Assembly (NCBI GenBank): GCA_963847445.1
Contig: CAWJZV010000025.1
Coordinates: forward strand, 119,980 to 183,979
Source: an uncultured delta proteobacterium
GTDB taxonomy: Bacteria > Desulfobacterota > Binatia > UBA9968
Direction of reading: 5' to 3'
Length of the DNA: 64,000 nt
Shown here piece by piece: positions 1 through 13,157 of the stretch. Each line of letters begins with the position of its first letter. Position 1 is the stretch's first letter. Below the pieces are notes generated by a model, which saw only the letters and a program-made list of their open reading frames with translations, was not told the DNA's origin and made no database searches. The translations under genes were made by a program, and so were the position numbers.

Positions 1-329
1 GCAGGCGGCAGTGGAGGAGGCGTTTTTTTCTCGCCGAAGGTTTGGGTTGCCGCGACGTCGAGTTCAAGTTGCTCCATATCGGCACCGACAAAGGTATGCC
101 GACGCTATTTTTGCCGCACCAGTCCGATTACCGATGGAAAGAACGCTTGGTGAACGGCGATGTGGTGCAGACGATTGAAAGGGAAGCCGAGCAGTGGACC
201 CCGGATTTGATCGTGTTTACGACCGAGGGCCATCGGGACTTTCTCGATGCGCTGCGCGGCAGCACCACGGAGCGAGTGCTGCGCGCCGCCCACTGCCCGG
301 TGCTCGCCGTGCCGGCGAAAGCGAGTTAG
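1..329 (+). CDS. Universal stress protein (UspA family), 5'-partial
   Basis: C-terminal motif DLIVFTTEG..D.LRGSTTERVLRAAHCPVLAVP typical of USP domains; frame runs from window edge. Confidence 0.85.
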   Translation, partial: RRQWRRRFFLAEGLGCRDVEFKLLHIGTDKGMPTLFLPHQSDYRWKERLVNGDVVQTIEREAEQWTPDLIVFTTEGHRDFLDALRGSTTERVLRAAHCPVLAVPAKAS

Positions 330-737
330 TGCCGCTGCGGAGATCGCAGGGAATTCGAGGTTTCGGCACAGAGCACACAGAGACCACAGAGTAGAAGATT
401 CGGAGCCGGAGAATTGCCGCGCCTTCGACGGCTCAGGGCGATCGGGACGCATAGAACCTAGCGCGGCACAACGTAACGAAACATTCGCGCCAAGGTAGAG
501 GGCGGGTTGGAAACCCGTGTGGCTTTTCATTTCCCGCTTGGGATGGTTGCAATCCCTTGCCTTCACGCTAAGCGCAGTGCCGTCATCCCCGTGACAACGA
601 GGATCTAGGGTTTTCGTAGCGGCGGGGCGCGACCTGCACTTCGCTGGATTGCCGTTCTGCGCGGGAATTATCGGCAAAGAGAAAATCGACCTCGAGTCGA
701 CGCAATCAGAATCCCTCGGTTTATGGCCGACGAATGT

Positions 738-1856
738 TCAATGGATCAATTCCAATGCGATGGAGAAGGCGATTAGTAGAACGATCACCCATTCCAATAT
801 TTCCATGCGCCGGTTGGAGGCCTGATCGGAAATCTTTTCGTAGATGCTCTCCAGGGTTTGCAGTTTTCGCAGAATGCTGGTGTCCCACTCGTCCAGGTGA
901 AAACGCCGGTTGATCAAGCGATAGACGCGGGCGAGATACTGGTCGCCCAAAAGTTTCAGGGTGTTGTTGACGCCTTCGAAGAGGATCGCATTGTCGACCT
1001 GGAGCTCGGCGACGCTGCGCAGATCGGCGCCGTAATAGCCTAACAGGCGCGGCAGGCTGAACGCGCGCTTTGAAAGCGTATCGTAGGCTTGATCCAGGGC
1101 GCGGTCGAGTTTTTGATCGAGATAGCGCATTTCCAATAGCTCGACATTGGCATATTCGAGAACCGCGCGGATATCGTCGCCGTCGCGATCGATGAGCAGA
1201 GCGGCATTCCAATCGACGATGGTCAGGTCTTCCATTCCGTAGGAAATCCGCGCGCCGAATGCCTCGGAGACTTCCTGCTCCGACAAGAGCCGCCGTTCGG
1301 CGCGCAGAATCCGCGCGATTTCCTGACCATGCTGGGCATGGAAAAGGTTGAAGTCGATCGCTTCGGCAAAAGACGCGATGTGAAAGACGATATAGTCTTC
1401 CACCACCGACGAGAGCCAGGCTTGCGCCGCTGCGTCGCCGATGACGTGCAGCAACTGACCGACCCGCAGCCGCGAGTCGGCAAGCAAAGGCTCGTTGTCG
1501 TAGAGTTCCTCGCTCAGCGTCAGCAGTTCGCTAAATGGTCCGGCAATGTCGACCGTATAGGTCACCGCCACCGCGCCGAAATCGTAGAACTGGAGATCGA
1601 CGCTCGGCCGGGTGAGATAATTCCCAAGCTTGATTGCTTCGGTATCTTGAGTCAGACGGAGCGGCGCTGGCTGATACTCGAAGTAGCTAGGAGCAGGCCG
1701 TTTGTGCCGCAGGGTTGAACGTTGCGTCGCTTCATGAATGCGTGCTTCTGCCTTATTGAGATCGATGGAACGCGCCGCGTCATAGGCAAAGGTGATGTAA
1801 CACAAGCCGTTTAGGATATTGAGTGTTGGACTGGTTTCCGTCGTCGGTGATGTCAC
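738..1856 (-). CDS. RMD1/DUF155-like hypothetical protein
   Basis: Start re-called at GTG 1856 (longer ORF overlaps ndvB). FYDFGAV motif and C-terminal RRMEILEWVIVLLIAFSI helix resemble RMD1/YagE family. Confidence 0.65.
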   Translation of the reverse strand: MTSPTTETSPTLNILNGLCYITFAYDAARSIDLNKAEARIHEATQRSTLRHKRPAPSYFEYQPAPLRLTQDTEAIKLGNYLTRPSVDLQFYDFGAVAVTYTVDIAGPFSELLTLSEELYDNEPLLADSRLRVGQLLHVIGDAAAQAWLSSVVEDYIVFHIASFAEAIDFNLFHAQHGQEIARILRAERRLLSEQEVSEAFGARISYGMEDLTIVDWNAALLIDRDGDDIRAVLEYANVELLEMRYLDQKLDRALDQAYDTLSKRAFSLPRLLGYYGADLRSVAELQVDNAILFEGVNNTLKLLGDQYLARVYRLINRRFHLDEWDTSILRKLQTLESIYEKISDQASNRRMEILEWVIVLLIAFSIALELIH

Positions 1857-2001
1857 GGCTATGCTCGGATCAAGTTCAAGATTGGCAATCAACTCGCGAA
1901 TTATCGCCCCGCTCGCAGATTGGCAAGCGCTATATCTAGTTCCGTTCTCAGCGCGGGCAATTTTGCCATTGGCTTGAGCGGGCCGCCGTTTGCTCGCGTG
2001 G

Positions 2002-5000
2002 TCACAGCGGCATCGCAGCTTGGAGCGCGACTGAGGCACTCTCTGAGCCAAGAACAACCCGTACCAGATGGGTTGCGCCGTCGTCGGCGAGCTGGATGTG
2101 CATGCTGCCGCCTGCGAGCGATGCGCCATCGAGATCGATGGATAACACCCCGCGCGCAACGCCTTGTGGGTTCTCGACGGCAATTATGTAGCGCGCCGAG
2201 TGATAGCAGAATGCGATGTCAAAGCGCTTCCATGCACGCGGAATACAAGGGTCGAGATAAAGCCTCGTGCCGCGCACCCGAAAGCCGAGGATCCACTCGA
2301 TGCCGGCCCGATACATCCAACCCGCTGATCCGGTGTACCAGGTCCAGCCGCCGCGACCGACATGTGGCGGTTCGGCATAAATATCAGCGGCGACGACATA
2401 GGGTTCGACCTTGTACCGGTAAACGCCAGTGCGGCTGCTGGCATGATTGATCGGGTTCAAGAGCGCGAAAAGCTCGCCGGCCTTATCGCCGTCGCCGAGC
2501 GCGGCGAAGGCGAGGACGGACCAGATCGCCGCATGGGTATATTGGCCACCGTTTTCGCGCACGCCGGGCAGGTATCCTTTGATGTAACCCGGGTCCGGGC
2601 TTGCTTGGTCAAAGGGCGGGGTAAATAGCAGGACGAGGTCGTCGCCCCGGCGCACGAGGTACTTCTCAACCGCCGCCATGGCGCGCGCGCCGCGAGCCGG
2701 TTCAGCGGCGCCGGAGAGAACTCCCCAGGATTGGGCGATCGAATCGATGCGGCATTCCGTGTTGGTGGCGGAGCCGAGCGGGCTGCCATCGTCAAAGTAG
2801 GCGCGCCGATACCACTCGCCATCCCACGCCCTCGCGTTCGAGCGCTGCTTTCAGCGCGCTGACATGCAGCCGCCAGATTTCGGCGCGCCGATGCTCGCCG
2901 CGGGCGTCGGCCACCCGGGCAAATTCCCAGAGTATGGTGTGAAGAAACCAGCCGAGCCAGACGCTCTCGCCTTTGCCCGCAGATCCGACCCGGTTCATCC
3001 CGTCGTTCCAATCTCCCGTGCCGATCAGCGGCAGGCCATGGCTGCCAACCGCTAGACTACGGTCGAGCGCGCGCGCGCAATGCTCGAACAGGGTAGCGCT
3101 TTGCGCGGAGACACGCGGCGCGAAATATGACTCGTCTTGCCCAGCCTCGAGGGTCGGCCCATCAAGGAAGGGAACGACCTCATCGAGGACTGTGATGTCG
3201 CCGGTAACTTCAAGGTATTGGTTGACCGCGTACGGCAGCCATAGAAGATCGTCGGAAATGCGGGTCCGCACACCCCGGCCGGACGGCGGATGCCACCAGT
3301 GCTGGACATCACCCTCGACGAACTGCCGTGCGGCGGCGCGCAATAACTGCGCCCGCGCGACGTCTCGATTCGCCACCATGAGCGCCATCACGTCTTGCAG
3401 CTGATCGCGAAAGCCATAGGCACCGCCCGCCTGATAAAACGCCGCGCGCGCCCAGACGCGACAGGCCAGCGTCTGGTAAAGCAGCCAGCGATTGAGCATC
3501 AGGTTCATCGCCCGATCAGGGGTTGTCACCTGGACCGCGCCAAGCAGGTTGTTCCAGCGCTCCATGACCGCGCGCAGGATTCCATCAAGGTCAGCCCCGC
3601 GGTAGAGGGCGATCAGCACCCGCGCTTCTTCCGCGGTCACCGCCTCGCCGAGGAAAAAGTCGATCTCCGCACGGCCACCGGGACGCAACTCCACCGTCGT
3701 CTGCAGGGCAGCGCACGGATCGAGGCCGGCACCGACCTTGCCTGAGAGTCGGTTGCCTCGTTCGAGCGCGATGGGGTGATCGAGGCTGCCATTGCGACCG
3801 AGAAACTCCGTCCGATCACTCGTCCACTCGGTTTGGCGCCCGCTGAGATCGGCAAACGCGACGCGGCCAGCGAACTCGCTGTTCCAAGCGTTGCGCGCGA
3901 GCATGGCCCCTGTTTCCATGTCGATCTCGGTGACAATAAAAGGCGCGGAGGCGCTCCGCGAAACGCCAAGCACCCACTCGACATACGCGGTCACCGAGAG
4001 ACGCCTGGATCGACCCGAGTGATTCTCGATAGTGAGGCGGGAGATTTTGATTGGGTCCGCCAGCGGTACGAACTGCAAGAGGTCGAGCGAGACCCCATGT
4101 GACAGGTGCTCGAAGCGGCTGTAGCCCTGGCCGTGTCGGGCGGTGTAGGGCGAAGTCTCCTCGCGGATCGGCAGCACCGTCGGGCTCCACAACTCGCCAG
4201 TGTCTTCGTCCCGCACGTAGATCGTCTCGCCTGGCGGGTCGCTGACCGGGTCATTGGACCACGGCGTGAGCTGGTTCTCACGGCTGTTTAGCGACCAGGT
4301 GTAACCCGAACCCGATTCAGAGACCTGAAAGCCAAAGGTAGGGTTCGCGATCACGTTAATCCAGGGCGCCGGCGTCCATTGCCCCGCGCCGAGAATCGTC
4401 ACGTATTCACGGCCGTCGGCGCTGAAGCCGCCGAGGCCGTTGAAGAACTCCAGATCCGGCCGCGGCGGCAAGACTTCCAATGGCTTAGTCGCCGGCGGAC
4501 GTCGTTGCAGCGCAAGCGCAGGGGCTTGGGATCGTTGCTGACGTTCTACCTGCTCGGCCAGGGTACCGCGGCGGCTCAAGAGCACAGCTCGCGCCGCGGT
4601 CTGGAGTAGCGTGCGATCCTCAGCCGAAATTAGATCTCCTCGAGAATAAAAACGCGGCCCGACGGTTCCGGCCCATCGTGCGGCAAACGTGACTGGCTAG
4701 CCCGGAGCTGGCTCTCCAACAGGCCCTGGAGATCTTGGGCGTAGGATGGGGCCTGTTCGTTCAGAATAACCAGATCGACCGCTAATTGCTTCATGCGCCA
4801 GTATTCGTGGGCGCGGAGCAGCTGACGTACGATACCCTGGTCCTCAGCCTCATCGATGCGCACGAGGACAATTGGCAGATCGCCGGAAATTCCGTGCCGC
4901 CATAGTGCCGCGGGGCCGCGAGTATTACCGCGTGAGCACCGCAGATGATCGGCCGCAGTGCAGGGTCGGAGTACAGGATACGGCTGGCGAGATCCTGGAA

Positions 5001-8000
5001 GAGATGGGCCTCATCGGCGTCGATGCCGAGATGGCGCAGCTGCACCTGGGCCTGCGTCCACGCCAGTGTGGCGGCGCGCTCAAATGTTGCTGGATTGTTG
5101 TACTCGTCGGCCAGGTCGAGCGCCTCGTCGCGCGATTGCGCGATCAGCGTCGAGAAGGTGACCCGCGCGGAGGCGCCCGGCGCGAGCCGTGACACAGCGC
5201 CGGAGACTGAAGATCGGGTCGAGCACCGCGCCGACCGTGTTGGAGAGCGGGTGGCCATCAATGACCGACATCGGCGTTCGGATGCCGCGCCCGCGACCGA
5301 GAAACCGGGCGCGGTCGGTCTCGTATTCCATGTCGCCGACGGTTTCCCCTTCGGCGACGATGACGTGCGCCGCCCATACTTGCGGCTCGCTCGGTGACCG
5401 TGGCCGGCGTGTCGCGAGCAGGGCGCCGAGTTCGGCAGCAAATTCCGTCTGCACGAACAGATTGGAAAACGCCGGGTGAGCGGCATCGGCTGCCGGCGTC
5501 GCCAGGACGATTTCGGCGTACGATGTCAGCTCGATCTCTCGGCTTCGCGCTCCGAGATTGGTGATCGACACCCGGCGCACTTCCGCGTCGTGCTCCGGCG
5601 AGACGACGATTTCAAGGGTGGTCGCGATCGCGCCATCGCGCCGCCGGATCTCTACGCGATCTTCGGAAAAAGCCACTTCATAGGTGTCCGGTTCGACGCC
5701 GCTCGGTTGGTATGCAGCCGACCAGACCTGGCCGCTGTGCCGGTCGCGAAGAAAAAAGTATGTCCCCCAGGCGTCACGCGTGCGGTCCTCGCGCCACCGT
5801 GTGACGGCAAGGTCGCGCCACCGGCTGTATCCGGAGCCCGCCGTCGTCACCATCACCGCGTATCGCCCATTCGAGAGCAGGTGGGTGGCGGGAGTCAGGT
5901 CGTGTGGAGAAGTGAAGCGACGCAGGAGCGGTGGCACGAGATCGCGGACGTTGGCGACCGCCCGCACCTCCTCGACTCTGGGCCGGGTGACCAAGACGTC
6001 CCGCGGCGTCCGTTCCTGCAAGCAGCAGCTCGGTGGCTTGCATGCGCGGCTCGGCGTGAAAGCGCGCGCGCATCACGCCATCATGGAGGACATTTGCGAG
6101 CGCCACGAGCGACATCCCCTGGTGATGCGCCATATAGGCGTGCACGACGGCCACGGCTTGGTTCTCGGGCAGGCGCGTGGCGGTGTAATCGAGCGCTTCG
6201 TAAAAGCCATAGCGGCCGCTCGCGCCGGCCTCGGCAAGACGCGCGAAATTCTCTGCCGCCGACTTCGGGTCAATCATCGCCGCCAGCGCCGTCGCGTAGG
6301 GCGCGATGACCACGTCTTCACTCAGCCCGCGTTTGAGCCCCAGGCCCGGAACGCCAAAATTCGAGTACTGGTAGGTGAGCTCCAGATCGCGTGCGTTGTA
6401 GGCCGATTCTGATACTCCCCACGGCACGCCACGCTCGTTGCCATAATTTCTCTGACGGCGGACGACGAGAGCGCAGGTCTGGCCTAACAGACTGCCCGAC
6501 GGCGAATGCATGACGAGCATGGGCATGAGGTACTCGAACATCGAGCCGGACCAGGAGACCAGCGCAGATCCCCGATCCACGGGCGTCAAAGCGCGACCAA
6601 GGTGAAACCAATGGGTCGGCGGGACGTCACCCTTGGCAATGGCAATAAAGCTTGCGAGGCGCGCCTCAGACGCCAGCAGATCGTAACAACTCGGGTCGAG
6701 GCTGTTATCGGCAACGCGGTAGCCGATCGAGAAGAGCTTGCGGGTCGGGTCGAAGAGAAAGCCAAACTCCATCGCGTCGAACATCGTTTTCGTGTGCGTT
6801 ACGAGCGTCCAAGGCGGCGGAGCAACGCTTCGGCTGCTGCGGTCGAGCGCTTGAGGCATCTCAATGACAGTATCGATTCGCGCAAGGGAGTCCCTCGCTG
6901 CGGCGCTATCGGACGCCAAGCGTTCGCGCGCAGCTTCGTCAGTTCGCCTATGACGGTCTCGCACCATTCCGGCGTGTCGGACAGGGTTGGAAACGATGGA
7001 AACAAGCGCGATCCCGTCGAACCCAACTCTTGTTCGGGAATCGTCGGGCGATTGCTCGGAGTCATTGCCAAAGACCAGCCGCGCCCAGGGAATTGCCGCG
7101 TCGAGATCGCGCGCATGACTTTCGATGGCCACTCGCACAGCTTCCGCCCAGGCGACCAACTCCGCCTCGGCGCTGTCGCCTCGTTCCGCGGTCAGCGTGC
7201 GCGCAATGTCCGCCATCGTATGAGCCCGGGCCTCGAGCTCAGTGAGGCATGTGACCCATTCGCCTGGAGTCATAGGGACCGGTTCTAGAGCGGCGGTCAG
7301 GGCATCGAGCGCCTCATCCAAGTGTTTGCGGGTGACCGTTTGGGTGCGCCGGTCGTCAACGACTGCGCGTGCCGATTGGCGCAGGAGTAAGATGGCATCG
7401 GCGATCCCCGAGAGCGCACGCGGGCCGAGCAGCGGGCGCTCGATGATCTCTTGGCACGCCTGTCCGAGCGCGATGAGGTGACCGGCGAGGTTGCCACTAT
7501 CGACCGAGGATATGTATTTGGGTTCAAGCGGACGCAGGTCACGGGTATCATACCAGTTATAGAAGTGACCGCGAAAACGCTCGAGGTCGTTCATGGTGCC
7601 GAGGGTCGCTTCGAGCCGCTCGATGGCCGCCACCGTGCCGATCCAGCCGAAATCGTGCGCCGCGATGATCGAGAGCAGATACAGCCCGAGGTTGGTCGGC
7701 GAGGTGCGGTGGGCCACGACCGGCAGTCGGTTCTTCCTGAAAATTGTCGGGAGGAAGCGCGTGGTCTTGCGGGCTGACAAAGGTTTCGAAGAATCGCCAG
7801 GTCCGCCGCGCGGTCAAGCGCAGCGTACGGAGGTCATCCTGCCGAGAGCGGCTGAGCCGCAGCTGCGCGCGGTGGCAGGCTGATCCAATAAGCCACCATC
7901 GGGCGACAGCGCCCAGAGAAGAGCGAAGGGCGCCGCAATCGGCCAGACTTCCGGCGGTTGGAGGGCAACAAGGATGGCTACCAAAGCAGCGAGGGCTACG

Positions 8001-10886
8001 GTGCCGTTCATGCGGCGATAGAAGCTGACAAGGCTGAGGTCCAAACCGGACTGCGCTTGCGCTGCCGTCACCCATTCAAGCAGCTTTCGGCGGGTCACAT
8101 AGACGCGCCAGAGAGTCCGGATGATCGCGTCGGTCATCAACCATGCCTGGTCGGCAAGTAATGTGACCGTGAGTCCGACATGCGAAGCGGCAAGCACTAG
8201 ATCCGTGCCCACCGCCCGTGCGTGGCTGCGTTTTGAAATTCCGCGGCGATGCGGGATCAGCCCAGTCAAGACCGGACAATAGGGGAGGGATGGCGATGCA
8301 GGCGAGCACGAATGTGGTCCAGATCACCGGCGAAGCGAACGGCAGCGTCCAACCGGCAATCAAGGTCACAAGGGCGGCCGGGGCCGACAGCGTGCGGCGG
8401 AGATTATCGAGCATCTTCCAGCGGCCGATCAGCGGAATCGAGGTACGGACCCGACCGCGGCCCATGTCCGGTGCGTGTCCTATGATCCACGGCAGCAACT
8501 GCCAGTCACCGCGCGCCCAGCGGTGCTGGCGGACCACGGCGACCTCGTAGTGCGCGGGAAACTCCTCGAAGAACTCGATATCGGTGACCAGTCCCGCCCG
8601 CGCAAAGATGCCTTCAAAGAGGTCATGACTTAATAAAGCATTCTCCGGCACCCTGCCGGCGAGGGCGGCCTCAAATGCATCGACGTCGTAGATCCCCTTG
8701 CCGATGTAAGAACCTTCGCCGAAAAGATCCTGATAAACGTCGGAGACGGCCGCGGCGTACGGGTCAATGCCAGCCGGCCCCGAGGAGATCCTCTGAAAAA
8801 GTGAACCCTCGCGATCGGTCGGGAGGGTCGGCGTGACGCGCGGTTGAAGCAAGGCGTAGCCCTCAACGACCCGGCCGACAAGAGGGTCAAACCGAGGCCG
8901 ATTGAGGGGATGCGCCATTGTGCCGACCAATCGGCAAGCGGCCCCCCTTGGCAACCGCGTGTCGGCATCCAGGGTGATGACGTAGCGGACGCCGGAAGGA
9001 ACGATAGGCGCTCGACCGTCCGCTGACACAAAGGTGGTATCCGTGGCGCCGCGCAACAAGCGATTCAGTTCATGAAGTTTGCCGCGTTTGCGCTCCCAGC
9101 CGATCCACTTGCGCTCGCTCTCGTTCCAGCCGCGCCGGCGGTGGAAAACGAAAAATCGCTCGTTCCCATCCGGCGCGGGCCCATGGCGTCGGTTCAACCG
9201 CGCGATGCCGTCGATGGTCGCGGCCAGCAGTTCGTCGTCTCCCGGCATGTTTTCCTGAGGCGCGTCTGTCCAGTCGGAAAGCAGCGCGAAACGAAGATCG
9301 CCATCTGAATTCGCCAGATAGTGCACTTCCAGCCGCTCGATCTGCTCGGCAATCTGGGCCTGACCGGTCAGGAGCGTCGGGACGACGACCAGGGTCCGCA
9401 GATCCGCTGGCACACCATCACGGAGCGCGAGCCTCGGCAGCGCCCGCGGCCCAAGCATCTCCGTGACCTCACGATTGACTAGTGCGATCGCCAGATCCGA
9501 CGCCGGGATGAGAGCAAGAAGCGCGAGTAAAAAGCACACCCACGACTCCACCTTCGGCTGCGCCGGAATTGAACAGGAACAAACCGAGGATAACAGCGCT
9601 GACAATCGCGATAGTTCCAAGGTAGCGAGGCGTCGCTTGAGTCACATAAGCGCGGCGAAGCCAAGTTTTGACCGGCATGCGAAAGCCGAGTTCCTGTTCG
9701 AAGGCGACACGCCCGTTGGCGATCAGATAATAGCCGGGATCCGCGCGGCGGTCCGCAGCTGGGTCGCTGGCCCCTGGCGCTTCGACCCTGGACCTGTTTC
9801 GCTTGAAAAACCGCCCGCCGGGCAACTTCACGCTCATCGTGCGGTGAGCGCCGCGAGAGTTCCTCGATGGCACGCCGGTAACGATCTCGGGTCGCGAAGT
9901 CCGGCGCGGCAAAGCCGGTGTCGGCCCAGAGGATTGCGTCGACAAGACTGACGCTCTCGAAGAATTCCGCCCAGTCGAAGGCGGAAATCACGCGCATGCT
10001 GGTGATCACGTTGCGCACGGTCACGTTCATCGCCGCCTGCCGCTGGTGCTCGACCCGGACAATCTCATCGGCCGTTGTGCCCTGAGCTGCCAGGCGTTCC
10101 TCAATCCAGCGAAGAGCCGGCGTGACCACCGGATCCTGGTCGCGCAAGCGCTGGACGAGCTGCACGATGAAGGACGCCGCCAACGGGGCTCCCTCGAACT
10201 GCCGCAGGACCGTCGCCGCGGGCTCGATTGATCGTCCGCCAAGTCCGAGCAGGCGGTCGGCCACCGCGTCAGCCTCCTGGCGTGCCGCTCGGTCATGCGA
10301 CGATGCGCTCCGCCAGGCGGCGGAGATTCTCCACGAGCACCACCCGCAAGGTGATCGCGACCGCCCAGAGCTCGCCGATCGTCAACGGCTGCACGCGCTG
10401 GTAAGCGCGCACGAACCGACGAAGCATTTCGGGGTCAAACCGGCTGTCGGTATGGGCGACGAATGCCCAGGCCAGCCCATAGACGCGCGGATACCCCTGG
10501 AGTGGACCCTCGGCCAGCTTAGGCAGTTCTCGGTAATAGCCGGATGGCAGGTCGTCATGGATCTCGCGCAGCTGTTCGTCGACGATGTGATAATTGTCGA
10601 CCAGCCATTCCGCCGCAGGTGTGATGGCGCGCTCATCCGGATCGCCTGGGCAATCGCATCGATACGATTCGAGCAGCACCCGCCCGTTGTCCAGCACGCG
10701 CGGCAACAGCGGACGACCTTTGCGCGGCGTGGTCGTGACACGCTGGGCGGCGGCAAGGCTTTCAGCGTGCTGCTCAAGACGCTCGGCGCTGAAGAGTTCA
10801 GCCCGAATCGGTTCTTCGAGCTGCGAAAGAACAACGGCGTCTGAAAGGAGCTTTCGTCGCAGGTTTTGCAGAAATAGTGTTTTCAA
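2002..10886 (-). CDS. ndvB: Cyclic beta-1,2-glucan synthase / GH94 glycoside phosphorylase (NdvB/Cgs), split by multiple frameshifts
   Basis: Consecutive fragments: EEPIRAELFSAERLEQHA, GWERKRGKL, YVITLDADT, LLSHDLFEG, RQHRWARGDWQL, glucoamylase-like YDLLASEARL, GH94 YQAGGAYGFRDQLQD, GDWNDGMN, GRGGWTWYTGSAGW. Confidence 0.93.
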
Positions 10887-11073
10887 TCCATATACCTCAC
10901 GGTCATCCTGGCTGGCTCGGGCTCATTCACAGGCTATCAAGTTCAGCCGTCAGGCGGAACAAGTAGAGGCGGAAACGTTGAACCTAAAAATGCACGAAAG
11001 TTTTGACGCTAGTATTGTCAATGACGGATTGGCGCAGCACGGCGCTGGGGTGGTCTGGTATTTGGGTCAGGAT

Positions 11074-11619
11074 TTACTCTCGTGCTAACACTTTTAATAG
11101 CAGCTTCACATCATTGATTTCCTTAGTGGTGACCTCGCCCGAGGTAAAAAATCTAATACTTCCACCCTTATCTATGATGACGATGTTGCTCACGTCGGCT
11201 TTCATCTTGTAGTCGGAGGACATCTTGCCGTCCCAGTCACAGTAAATGGCCATGCCCTCTTTCTTAGAGTGTTCCCTGAGTTTGTGTTTCCATAACCCGC
11301 GGAAGGGCCAGAATGCCTCCGAACAATCGATAATGGGGAGTCTTACCAGGATGCTTTTTAGCGCGTCCGTTTGCTCGGAATACATTTTATTTAGTTCATT
11401 CTTCAGTCTCTTATTGGCGTCGACAATGTCTTTGTTCTCATAGAATATCGCAGTGACTTTGCCCTTGAGCATGTCTAAGGTCAGTTCCTGGTCATCGCCA
11501 GATTGAACTCTAAAGTGGGGCGCTGCGGAGCCTATCAAGCCGCTGGCTGCTAGAGCTGAACTTTGGAAAACTGGCAGGCTGAGCAGAGCGACCACAAGTA
11601 TGAGATTCTTTGCGAACAT
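11074..11619 (-). CDS. Secreted YtfJ/thioredoxin-like fold protein
   Basis: Signal peptide; IGSAAPHFRV..LTLDMLKGKV and DWDG..IVIIDKGG pattern of redoxin-like/YtfJ proteins. Confidence 0.6.
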   Translation of the reverse strand: MFAKNLILVVALLSLPVFQSSALAASGLIGSAAPHFRVQSGDDQELTLDMLKGKVTAIFYENKDIVDANKRLKNELNKMYSEQTDALKSILVRLPIIDCSEAFWPFRGLWKHKLREHSKKEGMAIYCDWDGKMSSDYKMKADVSNIVIIDKGGSIRFFTSGEVTTKEINDVKLLLKVLARE

Positions 11620-11664
11620 TTTCTGGCCTGACTATTGTTCTTCAAATAATCCCTCGGATTGCGT

Positions 11665-11773
11665 TGTTTTATAACCTGCTCGCGGCTGGTCTGGGTGATG
11701 CCCGGGCGAGCAAGAGCCACGACCGGGAGAAAAATCAGCGCATCCCAACGAGGGTTATGGGATTGATACGCGC
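11665..11773 (-). pseudogene. Degenerate third copy of the DUF3185-like small membrane gene
   Basis: Translates (with a slip) as RINPITLVG-ALIFLPVVALARPGITQTSREQVI versus MRINPITLVGIALIVLGIVAFAYQGITYTSREKII at 13158-13385. Confidence 0.6.
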
Positions 11774-11829
11774 AAGGACTGCTTCTTTCGTTTTCGACCA
11801 CGAGTCACGAACACGAACAACTGCGCCAT

Positions 11830-12501
11830 CTATGGCGATTTCCGCAAAGCGGCGATTCTTTCCTCTGTCGCCGGGTGAGTGGACAAGAAACCACCACCAC
11901 TGTCGCCTCCTGCGGTCTTCGTCAGCCATGTCAGCGTGTCGATCATTACCTCTTTGGAATATCCGGCCCGGCGCAAGATCTCGACACCGTGACGGTCCGC
12001 TTCGAGTTCCTCTGAGCGGCTGTAGCTATTTGCAATCAGCGCTCCCGCGATCGGCGTCACCACGCTGCTGCCCGGAAAAAACTGTTCGAGCAGAATCACG
12101 CCAATATTGATACCCGTGCCCAAAGTCTGTGCTCTGGCCACATGGCCAAGATCGTCGTGAGCAATCTCGTGTGCCAGCACCCCTCTAAGGTGCTCATCGT
12201 TGGCCTTTTGCAGAAGACCGGTCGTCACTTGAAACTCGCCACCGCCGGCATTGGCCGCGTTGATGTTGGGATCGTCAAGAACACGGACGCGGATCTCGTT
12301 TAAACGGCGCGGGTTATTGGTCGCGCGCATTAGCGGCATCATGATCCGCTGCACTCGCTCGGTCTGCCTCGCATCAAGCGGTCGGCTGCTCGCAGTGGGA
12401 CGGCCTCCCTGCGGCGCGGGCCGGCGAGACGAAGTCTCCAGGGCGCAGCCGGCGGGCAATCCGACCAAGATCAAAATGGCTATAGTCCGAAGGCATCTCA
12501 T
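11830..12501 (-). CDS. M48 family metallopeptidase lipoprotein
   Basis: Lipobox PAGC; INAAN, VLAHEIAH zinc motif, YSRSEELEAD, FLSTHP. Confidence 0.9.
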   Translation of the reverse strand: MRCLRTIAILILVGLPAGCALETSSRRPAPQGGRPTASSRPLDARQTERVQRIMMPLMRATNNPRRLNEIRVRVLDDPNINAANAGGGEFQVTTGLLQKANDEHLRGVLAHEIAHDDLGHVARAQTLGTGINIGVILLEQFFPGSSVVTPIAGALIANSYSRSEELEADRHGVEILRRAGYSKEVMIDTLTWLTKTAGGDSGGGFLSTHPATEERIAALRKSP

Positions 12502-12726
12502 GGTTTTTCCCCTCGTCGTCGGCTCAAGCCGCGCCGATGATCAATCCGTTATCGGTTGTCGCGCAGGAAAGTAGGGATCTCAAATCGTTGTCGATCGAGA
12601 AATCTCCCCTCGACTCGGACTTAATCGCCATCCCGAAGCGCGCGGAACGATCCACCGCGCCTTTGGTAAGGCTTTTTGCGACCTGATTGTCGGTGTCAAC
12701 GGCTGGCCGTACCAGGCTGAACACAC

Positions 12727-12876
12727 TCAGATTCGGCCCAGCAGGAACAGAATCAGGACGATAATCAATATCGTCCCGACAATGCCCGAGGGACCGTAGC
12801 CATACGAGTGATAGCCCCAGTTAGGCAGACCGCCAAACAGGAGCAGAATCAAGACGATCAACAATATTAGTCCCAT
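12727..12876 (-). CDS. DUF3309-family small membrane protein (49 aa; not in ORF track)
   Basis: MGLILLIVLILLLFGGLPNWGYHSYGYGPSGIVGTILIIVLILFLLGRI with upstream GGAG RBS. Confidence 0.8.
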   Translation of the reverse strand: MGLILLIVLILLLFGGLPNWGYHSYGYGPSGIVGTILIIVLILFLLGRI

Positions 12877-12994
12877 AATAAGCTAGCTCCTTTTTGATTC
12901 GATTTGACGTTCGGCTAGTTTGGCAAAGAGCCTGGGTCTAATAATTGGACGGGGCTGAACCGCGGGCGGCTGACCTGCTCCTAGATATTTCTCT

Positions 12995-13072
12995 TTAGAT
13001 TCGTCCCCTCAAGATCTGCACGGCCAGCCAAGTGGCGACGATTACGATCGCCACAATCCAAAGTAAATTCAT
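12995..13072 (-). CDS. 25-aa hydrophobic mini-protein, copy 1
   Basis: MNLLWIVAIVIVATWLAVQILRGRI with GGAGG RBS; conserved in frame in the duplicate at 16062-16139. Confidence 0.6.
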   Translation of the reverse strand: MNLLWIVAIVIVATWLAVQILRGRI

Positions 13073-13157
13073 TTCATCGTTACCTCCATCTCGTGTCCAA
13101 CTCGTCGCAGTTTCATCCAAGGCTGATTGCGGCCAAGACCTTGCACCCCAAGTTGAA

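Noticed and set aside
738-2183. 481-aa ORF start at 2183
   Set aside because: The N-terminal ~108 codons overlap the ndvB end and intergenic DNA; GTG at 1856 is more plausible
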